Origin: a virus
Lineage: Duplodnaviria > Caudoviricetes
DNA length: 59,539 nucleotides
Virus record (IMG/VR): IMGVR_UViG_3300021092_000047
Coordinates: 1 to 59,539 of that record
Reading direction: 5' to 3' (one strand)
The notes below the pieces were generated by a model that saw only the letters and a program-made list of their open reading frames with translations, did no database searches and had not been told where the DNA came from. Numbering within the stretch: position 1 is the first letter of the stretch; every line of letters begins with the position of its first letter. Positions 34,873 to 45,201 of the stretch are shown piece by piece. Position numbers and translations under genes: made by a program.

Positions 34873-36687
34873 TTAAATTGAAGTCAACACACCTACTTGT
34901 TGCATAACTCCTAACTCGCCAGCGTAGGCATCACCAACAGCACTTGGAGTACGTTGCACTTGGATATAAATAATATCGCCTGGGTTTACAGCAAAAACTG
35001 AACTAGTAGCTTCGACGGCTTGATTCGCGCTAACCGCTGCAACTGTGGTAATAGTCAAACTCGTGTAACTTTGAGTTACGTTAACAGGAGTAGCTAGCCC
35101 GGCAGGTGGTCTGCTTGACTTATAGTAAGCCACAGTCAGCTGCGGTAATGTACCAGCAGCACGTCCTAAAATCCGCAATCTAAGTTGGAAGTTGGAACTT
35201 GCTGGCGCATCAGAAGGTACTTCAAACTTAACGACATAGCTTGTAGTTACGTCGTCAGGCATTCCCAAATACAGTACTGGATAGTTTTCTTCTGTAACAC
35301 CGTCAAGGCGCACTAATTGGCTAGATAGCTCTTGAGTGTCTGAGCTTAATACGCCAATACCGACAGGGCCTTGGAAAACTTGCTCACCGCCAATCGTTTG
35401 ACTTGTACCAGTCAACAACACGTTAGACGATGTTGCATAGACTCCCTCACAAACCGGACCAAACCTAAATGTGTTTGTTGTTGGGTTAAATGACTTGATT
35501 ACCTGAAAGCCGCCTTGATTTGGCGCGCCAATCATAAAGCTCAAGTCCAGGTCAATCTCCAAATCGCCAGTAGTTGCCGGATCCGGTTGACCGGCGCACG
35601 TAATCACAAGACGAGGGTCAAGTGAACGCAGACTTGTGACGGTTGAATTGTCCGTAGCAAAGCCAACTCGAGTGTAATAAAGCTTGAGGTCGTATTCTTG
35701 CCCTAGCGGGTCACACTCACTGTAACTGACGCTAGACGGACTTGCAGTATCTAAAGTAGTTGACCAAGGTACCTCATCATAACAGTCACTCATCCACCAA
35801 ATACCGTTACGATCAATGACTATCAAATCCGACATCAGTTGTTGCCCGTACCAACGGTGCTCACTGGCAGTATCGTATACGCTTGGTCGTTGCATGATTA
35901 CACAAGCCGACTGAAGCGGTACAGGAGGATACAGATTACGCAGCTGATCGTCTTGACTGAGATTGTAACCAAACTTAGCCCCCACAGGAGCTAAGCCATC
36001 AAAAACAGGATCATTAGCAGGTAACCAACCCGGTAAGTTTTCATCTGGGTTGGTAATGACGTGCGTTCCGCCAGGCAATGGAGGACTAACATCACCTGCG
36101 GGATACATCAACAACGGGAAAACATAGTGACGATGACTTTCTAAGAAGTCAACAAACCGAGGATTGACATAAACGCCACCGCTATTGTCTGTCTTGCAGA
36201 CGGGGATGGTTACGGGTGGAAGCTGCTTCGTAAGTCGTCCGACACTTTGCCCGGACAGATACCAAGTTCCGGCAGGTACGCTGCCATCTTGGTTAACTTC
36301 TGTTCCAATGGCTTGTGCGATATTAATTTTGGCATAACCGAATAGCAAAATGTCCGCCAGCGTTGCATTCAGTTTTTGCGCAACAATACCCCAGACTTGT
36401 GCTTGATCCGGGACGACTAAATATCCAGTAGCTTGATCTGACACTGCCGCAGCGTATGCCGGTTCAAACTGGCTAGTCGTAGCGTTGAAGTAGACCGGCT
36501 GACCTACTTCAAGAGTAGAGAGAACCGTCTGAGCTCTTGCGTAAACGGTTGAGCCTAGTGATGCGGCTTGAATGACTTCCCAAAGATAACGAAAGTTTTG
36601 ATCCAGTTGCTGCAACGGGCGGTTTGTTGTGCCCGGCGATACTGGTTCACCTTCTTTAATAAACTTGATAAAGCGTTCCCAACTCAT
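34873..36687 (-). CDS. putative tail structural protein
   Basis: IKEGEPV..GTTNRPLQQL N-terminus typical of fibre-attachment domains. Confidence 0.55.
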   Translation of the reverse strand: MSWERFIKFIKEGEPVSPGTTNRPLQQLDQNFRYLWEVIQAASLGSTVYARAQTVLSTLEVGQPVYFNATTSQFEPAYAAAVSDQATGYLVVPDQAQVWGIVAQKLNATLADILLFGYAKINIAQAIGTEVNQDGSVPAGTWYLSGQSVGRLTKQLPPVTIPVCKTDNSGGVYVNPRFVDFLESHRHYVFPLLMYPAGDVSPPLPGGTHVITNPDENLPGWLPANDPVFDGLAPVGAKFGYNLSQDDQLRNLYPPVPLQSACVIMQRPSVYDTASEHRWYGQQLMSDLIVIDRNGIWWMSDCYDEVPWSTTLDTASPSSVSYSECDPLGQEYDLKLYYTRVGFATDNSTVTSLRSLDPRLVITCAGQPDPATTGDLEIDLDLSFMIGAPNQGGFQVIKSFNPTTNTFRFGPVCEGVYATSSNVLLTGTSQTIGGEQVFQGPVGIGVLSSDTQELSSQLVRLDGVTEENYPVLYLGMPDDVTTSYVVKFEVPSDAPASSNFQLRLRILGRAAGTLPQLTVAYYKSSRPPAGLATPVNVTQSYTSLTITTVAAVSANQAVEATSSVFAVNPGDIIYIQVQRTPSAVGDAYAGELGVMQQVGVLTSI

Positions 36688-36703
36688 CCTTGAGCCCTCT
36701 CAA

Positions 36704-37318
36704 TTATTCCAGGGTGATCTGCCATTCAAGTCCGATTTGGCTGGTAGCCAGCTTAGGCTGTTGATCGGCTAGGTCGAAATAGAAGCAGCTAAAAAGTAGG
36801 TCTTGAGTTGCGTCGGTAGCGTCGATGTAAGCTACAAGCGCTGCGCCGTAAATTACGGAATTTGCCGCATACGAAAAAGGTTTGCCGTGTACTCCGACCA
36901 ATCCGCTTGAGCGAGCAAAACAGGTAAGTATGTTCTGTTCAAGCCCATTGCCGGAGGATTCTGTGGTGATGGCAGTCATCGGCACGCGTAAATAATCAAC
37001 CGACGGACTGCTGACTAAATCGTTGTAGTAAGTAATCGTGCGATCGCGACCAAAACTCGGAGGGCTAACAGTGTCTCCAGGGCTAGCTACGTTTGCAAAC
37101 TCCAGATACATACCACCAATTCGATAGCGGCTATCGCCGGTAGCCAACAACTTGGCAGTAATTTCGGCCCACTGGTACAGTACTAGGTTTTTACGCCACG
37201 GCACGGATTTTGCGCCGTGTACCTTCCTGACGGTATCTACGGTATCTTGCGAAACCTGCGGAGAAAGTTGAAACGCCCTGACGCGTCCTTTTACACGATT
37301 CAAACCTATCAAATCCAT
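36704..37318 (-). CDS. putative baseplate/tail collar protein
   Basis: KNLV...IGLEWQITL pattern; context. Confidence 0.5.
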   Translation of the reverse strand: MDLIGLNRVKGRVRAFQLSPQVSQDTVDTVRKVHGAKSVPWRKNLVLYQWAEITAKLLATGDSRYRIGGMYLEFANVASPGDTVSPPSFGRDRTITYYNDLVSSPSVDYLRVPMTAITTESSGNGLEQNILTCFARSSGLVGVHGKPFSYAANSVIYGAALVAYIDATDATQDLLFSCFYFDLADQQPKLATSQIGLEWQITLE

Positions 37319-37331
37319 ATTTCACCTGTAG

Positions 37332-38885
37332 TTATACGCACCGACCGCCAATTAGGCTGGTGCGAACGCGTTCGGACACAAAAACAGTTACGTCAATTGA
37401 ATCTGAGTTGACCATACACTCAAATACACCAATTGTTTCTTCATAGCCAGGCTTTACCGCTGTTCCGGAAGTCTCCATGATAACAGGGCTGTCCTGATAG
37501 ACCAATTCAACTACAAAAATCAGTAGAGATTGTGGAGGTTGAATCTTGCGTAGCTGCTCAACCGGAACAAAAGTTAACCTGTTACCTAATTGACTGCCCG
37601 GTTTTATCTTGACAATTACAGCATTGTTCCGCAGTAGGTTCTGTGTCAAGAATTGCAATGGATTAATAGTTACAGGAAGCGATGCCGCAGTCGGTTGACC
37701 TAAAGGCAAGGCGCGTACGTCAAGAAGCATTGCCAGCGTTTGAGTTTTTGCAACACCGGACGCATGCACGTCATTCCAAAACTTTTCTACGTCGTATGGA
37801 AAGCCACCTAACTCCCACGAGACCTTGGTGTATCCGTCAACATCCAATTCCACAACAACAGGTACCTCAACATTTTCAAAAGTCAAATCACCGTAATAAC
37901 CCCAGGCAAGAATTCCAGGACCTACGGTAAGTGCTGAGATGTTTACAGGTTCACCGCGATTCAACTCAAAAACTTGTAACAAGTCAGTCAGAGGATCTCC
38001 TGCTTTTAGAGCTTGTCCAGGATTTACAATTGCAGTTGTACCTACCGGAAACTGATAAACATGTTGATCTGTAATAACGTTGAGGTGCCTACTGTCGGTA
38101 ACTACAGTTTCGACTGTTTCGCTTGTTTCGACTACTAGAGGTACACCAAAAGCCGCAGCAATCGCTAGTTGCTGTTGGCGGATGGCCGTACCTGCGGTAA
38201 AGGCGTCAAAAATTGCGTTGATAAACTGTTTGTAACTTTCACTTGTTTGCAGCTGTAGTCTAAGCGCGTAACCAAACTGTTCGTAGATATACTTCCAGTC
38301 CCACTGTCCTCGATACAACCAAAGCACAAGCTCTGTATCGCTAACCTCGCCTACCGCGTTTAGTAGTTCACGCTTAGCAATTTTAGGGTTGCTAAAAGGA
38401 TTCTCTCGAAAAACTATCTGATCGGTTGTCAACAAATAATCAATGCCTTCAATTAGCTCTACAGAAGGATCTACTAATCGGTTAAAGACAGTTCGGACGT
38501 TAACCAAATCCGCAGGTTTGGCGACGGCATAATGTTGAGTTGAAGCAACCGGTGCACCGTAATAAATTTCCGCGTCATTGCTATACTGGTAAGCAGATCC
38601 AGTTAGATATTTCGCGATACTAAGCGACGCGGCATTTACCTGAGACTGCCTAATGGTAAGAGCATACCAGTTGTCCTGGTGATAAAGCGGCACGTTAAAT
38701 CGCGAAACGCTATTGATGAGTTCCAACAGTTGCAAATAAGACTGCTGTGCCATCTGCCCGGCAGTTGCTGCAAGATCTTCAAGCAAACCGTTTCCTTGAT
38801 AGGTGGTTGCCCAAAAACTGCCGAGTACGTTTAGCAATACATTCGGACGATCAAAGTCATTTTGCGGGTAGCGGTACAGTGTCAT
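37332..38885 (-). CDS. putative baseplate wedge protein
   Basis: LGSFW...YEQFGYAL pattern; position downstream of baseplate J. Confidence 0.5.
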   Translation of the reverse strand: MTLYRYPQNDFDRPNVLLNVLGSFWATTYQGNGLLEDLAATAGQMAQQSYLQLLELINSVSRFNVPLYHQDNWYALTIRQSQVNAASLSIAKYLTGSAYQYSNDAEIYYGAPVASTQHYAVAKPADLVNVRTVFNRLVDPSVELIEGIDYLLTTDQIVFRENPFSNPKIAKRELLNAVGEVSDTELVLWLYRGQWDWKYIYEQFGYALRLQLQTSESYKQFINAIFDAFTAGTAIRQQQLAIAAAFGVPLVVETSETVETVVTDSRHLNVITDQHVYQFPVGTTAIVNPGQALKAGDPLTDLLQVFELNRGEPVNISALTVGPGILAWGYYGDLTFENVEVPVVVELDVDGYTKVSWELGGFPYDVEKFWNDVHASGVAKTQTLAMLLDVRALPLGQPTAASLPVTINPLQFLTQNLLRNNAVIVKIKPGSQLGNRLTFVPVEQLRKIQPPQSLLIFVVELVYQDSPVIMETSGTAVKPGYEETIGVFECMVNSDSIDVTVFVSERVRTSLIGGRCV

Positions 38886-39207
38886 CCGAGTTTTCCTGTG
38901 AAGTAAAAATTTGATCCAGGAACCACTCGATAACGTACTTTATAAAAGCAGTCAACAAAACCTGAACCAGTATCAGCAATACAGCACTACCCACAAGAGA
39001 CTTGTACGTTTCTCTGCGCAACTCTTTTCGACTTGCTTTTGGATTTTTTTCGTACGCTTCTCGCACAGCTTGAGCAGCAGATCGAATTTCGGTTTGCTTT
39101 TTCAATAACTTGCGATTTTTTTTGGCGGCTCCAGGTAAACTACTTAGTTGTGCTGGGTGACAATCGTGGAGCGTGCACAGTTCGGCCGTCATTGCATCCC
39201 AGTTCAT
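38857..39207 (-). CDS. membrane protein
   Basis: C-terminal TM helix, basic N-terminus. Confidence 0.55.
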   Translation of the reverse strand: MNWDAMTAELCTLHDCHPAQLSSLPGAAKKNRKLLKKQTEIRSAAQAVREAYEKNPKASRKELRRETYKSLVGSAVLLILVQVLLTAFIKYVIEWFLDQIFTSQENSDDTVPLPAK

Positions 39208-39488
39208 TTTGGTTTGAGCTCCAAATCAATAGGTGAGTTGTCAACCTCAATACGTATCCCGCTAGACTTTGCTGTCAAAGTAGAAACCGTTGTTTGTATT
39301 TTAACTAGACCGCAGTCTGCAATTATTTTAGCAGGCGGGTTGAACGTCATGACACCGTCTCGAATAGTGATTTCTTGTACCGGGGAAACATCCAGTGTCT
39401 TGCCGTCTTGCGTAACGATGCCGTTAAGTAGCAGTCCACGTAACAATTCGTAAAGTGTTGGTTCCATTTTGATAGGGTACTTTATCAA
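39204..39488 (-). CDS. hypothetical protein
   Basis: GAGG RBS, coupled to next gene. Confidence 0.55.
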   Translation of the reverse strand: MIKYPIKMEPTLYELLRGLLLNGIVTQDGKTLDVSPVQEITIRDGVMTFNPPAKIIADCGLVKIQTTVSTLTAKSSGIRIEVDNSPIDLELKPK

Positions 39489-39502
39489 GGGAGTAACCTC
39501 GG

Positions 39503-40102
39503 TTATTTGAGCGAGTTTAGTACGTTTAAGGGTAGGTAACCTTCATGTTTGTACTTTTTGCCTGACACAATAATGTCAAAGTGCGGAACTCTTTTATTTT
39601 CGTCTTTGATTTTTTCAACAAGCCATCCGCGTTGCTTTACGACGGGAAAAACTTCGCGTTCCCATTGCTCACAAGGCGGACAAGCCGCGCGATAATACCA
39701 AACTATTTTTCTAGTAGATTCCGGTTCTCTGCCAGGCTCGATAGTGGTAGGGGCTTTTGATGGTTCGTCCTTTAACTTCAAAGCTTGCGGCTCACTTTCA
39801 ACTTCTGTTTTCAAGTCTTGCTCGTCAATCTTACCGTCGCCTTTACACAACGGACAAGTATCGCAAACAACACCATCTCCGACTTTTCCTACACCACACT
39901 TGCCCGGAGGATCATTACATTGTGGGCACTTGTCACCTACTTGTAGCTCATCCGGGGTTACAGGTGCGTCAGGCACTAGAGCACTATACTTTGCAATCAG
40001 CGCTGTCGCGTGTGCATGGCTCGTCGAGCCTGCCTGCGTTGTGTGAGTCTTCGTCACACAACCCGGACAAAGCAACAACGACATAAAAATTAAAATGCGC
40101 AT
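39503..40102 (-). CDS. putative lipoprotein with Zn-finger and thioredoxin-like CxxC domain
   Basis: MRILIFMSLLLCPGC lipobox-like; CPQC...CPLCKGDG; YYRAACPPCEQW...VPHF. Confidence 0.6.
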   Translation of the reverse strand: MRILIFMSLLLCPGCVTKTHTTQAGSTSHAHATALIAKYSALVPDAPVTPDELQVGDKCPQCNDPPGKCGVGKVGDGVVCDTCPLCKGDGKIDEQDLKTEVESEPQALKLKDEPSKAPTTIEPGREPESTRKIVWYYRAACPPCEQWEREVFPVVKQRGWLVEKIKDENKRVPHFDIIVSGKKYKHEGYLPLNVLNSLK

Positions 40103-40104
40103 AG

Positions 40105-41229
40105 CTATCCCCACAAAGAGAGACCCCAATTTTCAATTTTTTGTCGTTTCCAGCCGTTGAACCCGGCATAGACCAGGCGTTCTCGTTGCTTCCAATCCTT
40201 CCAACGAGCCCAAAAAGAACCCTTTGGAATCATGATGTTTCCTGTCTGCGGATTAACAATGTCAAGTTTAATCCACAAGTCTTTCTTGTCTGCAGGTACA
40301 TATTTGGCGCTGTCTCGAATATCTCGAGGACCTTTATTCCAAACTGCCCAACTGTTTAATACAAGAACCAAAGGACCACCATAAAGCTTCTTAGTGTCTT
40401 CACGATCGTCCGCACCAATTTCTGCCATGGCGTGAGCCCAGGTTCCGCGCCTGCACGCAACACCGTTAGCGTCTCGCGTGTTGGAAAACCCTTCTCCACC
40501 GCACGTAGACAGGAATCGACCTTGACCAAGTGCGTCACGCGAGGCCTCAAAGGTTGACACACGAGCTGCGGTACGAATCAAGTTACGATTCAACACTTTT
40601 GTAACCTCAGGCGGTGGTTCAGTTTTGCCCCACTTGCCTGCGGTTGCAGCGCTATACTTTGTAAGATCAATTCCAAACTCTGGATAGTTTTTACGGATAA
40701 CGCCACCGCATTTGCTCATGCTGATGTTAGCAGCGGCACCACAAAACCAACCGTCGCCTCCGTGATTTCGGTACCAATAAACAGCTTCAGTTGAGAAGGC
40801 ACCATTCTTTACGCCTAATGTTCCAATCTCAGGAAACGCTTCTAGGTGACCGGAAACTTCATCTGGAGCGTTAGCGATGACATCACCAACCATCGTGCCG
40901 AGCTTAGCGTTCTTGTCGCTATGGCTGACACAATCCCCGCGACCTTGTGCAGGACCAGGCCAAACACCGGGAAATTGCTCCATCACGTAAATGAATGGAA
41001 TTACAAGCTGACCGGCAAAAGCGTCTGCCCAACCAAAGGCTTGAGCAGCAGCTTCTACATCAGAATAACCACCGGTTGCTCGAGATAAGTCTGTAAACTT
41101 GTCGTACTCTTCCGTGTCTAGATAGCAACCAGCGTAGCCGCTGTCATAGCGAGCGATCAACTCGTTAATCGGAAGCGTGACACTTTCTTTTTCTTGCCAA
41201 GCAAAAGTGCCCTTTTGGTAAATTTTCAT
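40105..41229 (-). CDS. papain-like (C1) cysteine peptidase
   Basis: AQGRGDCVSH (Gln, Cys), WAHAM (His), VLNSW (Asn). Confidence 0.7.
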   Translation of the reverse strand: MKIYQKGTFAWQEKESVTLPINELIARYDSGYAGCYLDTEEYDKFTDLSRATGGYSDVEAAAQAFGWADAFAGQLVIPFIYVMEQFPGVWPGPAQGRGDCVSHSDKNAKLGTMVGDVIANAPDEVSGHLEAFPEIGTLGVKNGAFSTEAVYWYRNHGGDGWFCGAAANISMSKCGGVIRKNYPEFGIDLTKYSAATAGKWGKTEPPPEVTKVLNRNLIRTAARVSTFEASRDALGQGRFLSTCGGEGFSNTRDANGVACRRGTWAHAMAEIGADDREDTKKLYGGPLVLVLNSWAVWNKGPRDIRDSAKYVPADKKDLWIKLDIVNPQTGNIMIPKGSFWARWKDWKQRERLVYAGFNGWKRQKIENWGLSLWG

Positions 41230-41239
41230 TGCGCACTCC

Positions 41240-41704
41240 TTATTGCTGCAAAGCCCAACCGACGACGTAATACAGATCGCTCAGTTTCGTGCAATCGTCT
41301 TTTGTTAGCGGTCTAGGGTGCTCTCCAATTACTTTTGAGAACAACTTGTCTACCGCAGCAGAAAAACCAGGGAACGCGCCAGCTAGCTCTGGGTACTTTT
41401 TGCCGTAAATCGCAAGGAGGTCTTTGTTGAAGTCGACAACCTTGTCTGAATTTACATTTACGTCGGCTAACGCCCACATGTCGCTCGCCCCTAACCAAAG
41501 GTCAGAGGCAAGTAGTTTTTTTTCTTTACTGACCGTAGCCGCTTTGACCAGTGCAAGAATTTCGGAAGCTTCTTCAACAAGCGCTTTGTCTGGTGCAACA
41601 ATTGCGTCCGTAGGTTTATTTATCTGCTCAACGCTGGCTGTTGGCCAAAAAAGCAAGAGCAAACCAAGAACACCACAAACTAAACCAACAACAGAAGGTT
41701 TCAT
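41240..41704 (-). CDS. exported/membrane-anchored protein
   Basis: AGGA RBS before MKPSVVGLVCGVLGLLLLFWP. Confidence 0.6.
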   Translation of the reverse strand: MKPSVVGLVCGVLGLLLLFWPTASVEQINKPTDAIVAPDKALVEEASEILALVKAATVSKEKKLLASDLWLGASDMWALADVNVNSDKVVDFNKDLLAIYGKKYPELAGAFPGFSAAVDKLFSKVIGEHPRPLTKDDCTKLSDLYYVVGWALQQ

Positions 41705-41753
41705 AATAGTTTTCCTAAGATTTGTGCCGCTGTGAACTTGCCATCTGCTGTTT

Positions 41754-42101
41754 CTAAGGTCGGCGTGCGAGCTTGGCTTCAGCTTTAGCTGCTTCAATTT
41801 CAGTCATCCCAGCTTTTGCGTATTCCCACCAAACCTGCGGCCCAGCGTTTGGTGCGGTAGCTTCAATAATTTCAAGGTGCTCGATAAAACCAGCAGGAGG
41901 CGGCGAGTCACTAGTTCGCGTGGTTTTTGCCGGGGATATCGGCAATTGTGGTGCTTTTGTTGCAACAGCAACCGCAAGTTTCCGTAGTAGCGGCAAAACG
42001 AAGCTGAAAAAAGCAACAGCAACAAGCACCCCGGCCAACACATCCTTAATCAAGCTGCTGGCAGTTTCGAGATCCAAAGTCATCAGTTGAGCCAAAAACA
42101 T
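41754..42101 (-). CDS. single-TM membrane protein (holin-like position)
   Basis: One TM helix; AAGGA RBS. Confidence 0.55.
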   Translation of the reverse strand: MFLAQLMTLDLETASSLIKDVLAGVLVAVAFFSFVLPLLRKLAVAVATKAPQLPISPAKTTRTSDSPPPAGFIEHLEIIEATAPNAGPQVWWEYAKAGMTEIEAAKAEAKLARRP

Positions 42102-42111
42102 AAATTAATCC

Positions 42112-43023
42112 TTATTTCTTACAGGTGATTATTAGACGCTGCCCCAAATGCATTTCGACAGCAAGTTCGTTTCCGATTTGCTTAACGCCGCGCACAGGAG
42201 CAGGATTACAATTTGGTCCGTACAACTTCTGTACGCGCACAATATCGTCATCTTGTTGCGGCGCAGCGATAAAGGGGTTGTAATAAGGAGCCATCAAAGC
42301 TCCTAACTTTTTTGAATGAGTCAGGCCCAGTAAATGGCCAAACTCGTGACAAGCAACATTCAACATTTGAATCCCTCGTTGCTTAGGTTGAGTTACCCAA
42401 GTTTCGTCGAGGTCAAACTTCATTGTAAGTTGATTGTCGTTGCCTGTTGGTAAATAAGCCCAAGCCAGCGTTCCTCCACGGCCATCAAAATTATGCTGTG
42501 GACCTCGTCCAGTAGCAATAACAATATCGGCTTTAGCTGCCGACTTCGCAGGTGAAATGTGCAAACCGCAAACGTCATCCCAGGCCTTAAAAGCGGCAAC
42601 AATGATTTGTTGTTGTACGTTTTTTGTGACCCCTTCAACGTGCTGCGCGATATAGTACGTCAGCCCCTGTTTGTTCCAACGATCGCGTTTTTCTGCAGTA
42701 ATTTCCTGCGCGCGAATAAATTTAAGGTGCTCTTTGTTGCCCTTGTCTATGTGATCGGGACAGCCGCAACGCGGACACTCCATTGCTCGAAGTGTTTTGT
42801 GGTCAACAACACCGTCGGCCTTGAGTCCAAACATACGCTGAAAGGCTTTTACGCCTTTTTTAAGATCTTCGTACGAGACATTCTTAATAAGTTCGGCACT
42901 GATGTAACCAAAGAATAACAAATAGTTGACGGCAAACGTCATCTCTTGCCTAGATGTTTGGTCGCTTCCGTTCTTCTTGAACAAACGAACTGCTTCGGCT
43001 CGTCCTTTAGCCTCTGTTGTCAT
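42112..43023 (-). CDS. matrixin (M10) metalloprotease with peptidoglycan-binding-like prodomain
   Basis: VKAFQRMFGLKADGVVD, cysteine switch PRCGCPD, FDGRGGTLAWA, HEFGHLLGLTH, Met-turn ALMAP. Confidence 0.9.
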   Translation of the reverse strand: MTTEAKGRAEAVRLFKKNGSDQTSRQEMTFAVNYLLFFGYISAELIKNVSYEDLKKGVKAFQRMFGLKADGVVDHKTLRAMECPRCGCPDHIDKGNKEHLKFIRAQEITAEKRDRWNKQGLTYYIAQHVEGVTKNVQQQIIVAAFKAWDDVCGLHISPAKSAAKADIVIATGRGPQHNFDGRGGTLAWAYLPTGNDNQLTMKFDLDETWVTQPKQRGIQMLNVACHEFGHLLGLTHSKKLGALMAPYYNPFIAAPQQDDDIVRVQKLYGPNCNPAPVRGVKQIGNELAVEMHLGQRLIITCKK

Positions 43024-43039
43024 AATTTAACCTCCTGTC

Positions 43040-44701
43040 TTATCTAGCTGTCGGGATAGTAGACGCGACACTGACCGTCACATTAGCAGCCTCTGCATAA
43101 AACTGCACCGTCTTTGCCGTCACCATCTTGGCAGGCTGTTCCGGAATCACAATGGTATCGGAATCCCTAAGGTATTGTACTGTGCCATCCGGGTTGCGGA
43201 TACGCCCAAATATGTCAAGATCCGTCACTGAAAGGTTATCTTGCAGGAAATTGTGTATCGCATCTACGATTCGAGAGCCATCTAGTCGGCCGATGAAGTC
43301 AGTTTGATTGATTACTGCAACTATTGCATTCCGGATACCGTTTAAGTCCGGTTCAGCGTCACCCGCCGCTTTATTGATAACCAGATTTACCTGCACAAAA
43401 CAAGGCACCGGCGCTTTTATCAAGGCATCTGCAGCGTAACTTCGAATATCGCGGCTACTTACCAAGGCTTGAATTTCCTTGATTAACGGTGTACCAGTGA
43501 TGTCGCACACGTAACTAGCGGTAGCCCCTACAACTAATCCGGTAGTTGGTGTAGCTGTGTCGGTAAACCGAATAGTTGTAGTTTGGTAAGCAGTATAGGC
43601 TCCTTCTGTCACGTTTATGATGTCAGGAATGAAATCATTGCCAGTTAGATCATTACCTCGCTGATCTAGGATGATTTCAAATCCGGAATTTAAGTTGGCA
43701 TCTACCTGCCTGCGTATTCTGGAAACCTCATAAAAGCCCGGCGAAACGTTTTTGTCTAACGAAAATTGCCAAACACTAGTCGCACTAGAAACGGAAACGC
43801 AGGTTGCCACAACTGTATGCGCCAGTCTTTGAAGTGCCTCTTGTCCTCGAATGTACCAATCAACCCGTCCGCCAAAACTGATAGGAAAAATTGTATGCTG
43901 ATCCCGCAACATCTCAGGATCACCATATCCGACAATGGACTGGTTAGTTACAGACTCAAATTCTGGAATAGATCTTAAGTAAGCCCGCATGTTTGTGCGG
44001 TTAGATAAAGCTTTTGCCGCGATACCTAGTTGCAACTCTTCCAGCAGTTGACTGTTAGTTTCAGTGTTCGTGCCGTCAGTAAACGTGGAAGTAGCGTAAC
44101 TAGTGACGTAACCAGCTATTGAACGATCAGGAACAATCAAGTCTCCCGCGTTTAACTTTGCTTCTGCACCTACGTCAACAGCTTCAACAGTAATAGTAAA
44201 TGCCCAGTTTCCATTACTAAGCTGCACTAGAAGCCTGTCTGTATCACTTGAAACCTGGTTTGCTGAAGTTCTAGAAATGAATGTTGCCGTGGAAGTATAG
44301 CTTTGCCCATTAGCTTCAAAGGTCATTCCATTAGGCACAGTAACTGAACGGGCAGCGTCTAGTTCAATAGTCACTGGACCAGTTGCTTTAGTTCCTAGCT
44401 TCCTATTTACACCCCAATTCGACAACACTTCGTTAACGACTTCTTCGTCAGCAAGAGTCGGGTCTGCTTGGATTTGCTGGAGGCTGCGAGCAGACTGATA
44501 TCGTTGCAAGTTGGTACGAATAGCAGCTTCAAGCACGGCATGATAGTAAACCAAGGTATCTTTGAAAACACCGCGTTTCAAATCTAATTCAGGATTCAAC
44601 TCTTGAAGCTGAGCCGCCAACCTGTCCAACAGTTGTTGGACATCTTCAGCGTTAAGTGCATTTAATGCTGGCACTTCAAAATCAGAAATAGTCAAAGCCA
44701 T
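43040..44701 (-). CDS. baseplate J-like (gp47/gp6) protein
   Basis: KATGPVTI...TVPNG, VEAVDVGAEAKL, FTDGTNTETN, GYGDPEMLRD. Confidence 0.7.
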   Translation of the reverse strand: MALTISDFEVPALNALNAEDVQQLLDRLAAQLQELNPELDLKRGVFKDTLVYYHAVLEAAIRTNLQRYQSARSLQQIQADPTLADEEVVNEVLSNWGVNRKLGTKATGPVTIELDAARSVTVPNGMTFEANGQSYTSTATFISRTSANQVSSDTDRLLVQLSNGNWAFTITVEAVDVGAEAKLNAGDLIVPDRSIAGYVTSYATSTFTDGTNTETNSQLLEELQLGIAAKALSNRTNMRAYLRSIPEFESVTNQSIVGYGDPEMLRDQHTIFPISFGGRVDWYIRGQEALQRLAHTVVATCVSVSSATSVWQFSLDKNVSPGFYEVSRIRRQVDANLNSGFEIILDQRGNDLTGNDFIPDIINVTEGAYTAYQTTTIRFTDTATPTTGLVVGATASYVCDITGTPLIKEIQALVSSRDIRSYAADALIKAPVPCFVQVNLVINKAAGDAEPDLNGIRNAIVAVINQTDFIGRLDGSRIVDAIHNFLQDNLSVTDLDIFGRIRNPDGTVQYLRDSDTIVIPEQPAKMVTAKTVQFYAEAANVTVSVASTIPTAR

Positions 44702-44711
44702 GTTGAAATCC

Positions 44712-45200
44712 TCAAATTGCGATAACGCGGAGCGGATAGACTACAGTACGAGACTCTCCCGCTCGACTAGTTACTTGAATGTTCAATGTTGCCTGGTCAC
44801 CAAAAAGAGATGCAGACAACAACTGAGCTTTTAAGTAGCGTTCATCGCTCGGATCTGTATTTAATTCTTCCAGCATTAAGTTGTTTTTTAATTCAAGCTC
44901 GGCAAGAGAAAATTCGCTGAACAAGTCTTGTGACGTGCGAACTATACCTGCGCGTATTCGGGTTAGAAAAAACGTACCTCGCGCCGGTTGATATTCCAAT
45001 GAACCACGTTCTGTAAGCAACTCCAATAAGAAACGTTGTACTAACTTTTGAATGCCTGCAATTAACGCGCCTGATTGTTTCGGTAAAACTAAAGCAGGAA
45101 TTAGCTGTGCCTCTCCTAAGGCTTTAGCTCCATTAAAAGCAAGTAAATCAACCGTCCGGCCTGCATAATCACGCACAGAAGCTGAAAGTAATTTAGCCAT
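44712..45200 (-). CDS. baseplate wedge gp25/GpW-like protein
   Basis: GIQKLVQRFLLELLTERGS...P.RGT; adjacent to baseplate J. Confidence 0.6.
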   Translation of the reverse strand: MAKLLSASVRDYAGRTVDLLAFNGAKALGEAQLIPALVLPKQSGALIAGIQKLVQRFLLELLTERGSLEYQPARGTFFLTRIRAGIVRTSQDLFSEFSLAELELKNNLMLEELNTDPSDERYLKAQLLSASLFGDQATLNIQVTSRAGESRTVVYPLRVIAI

Positions 45201-45201
45201 A

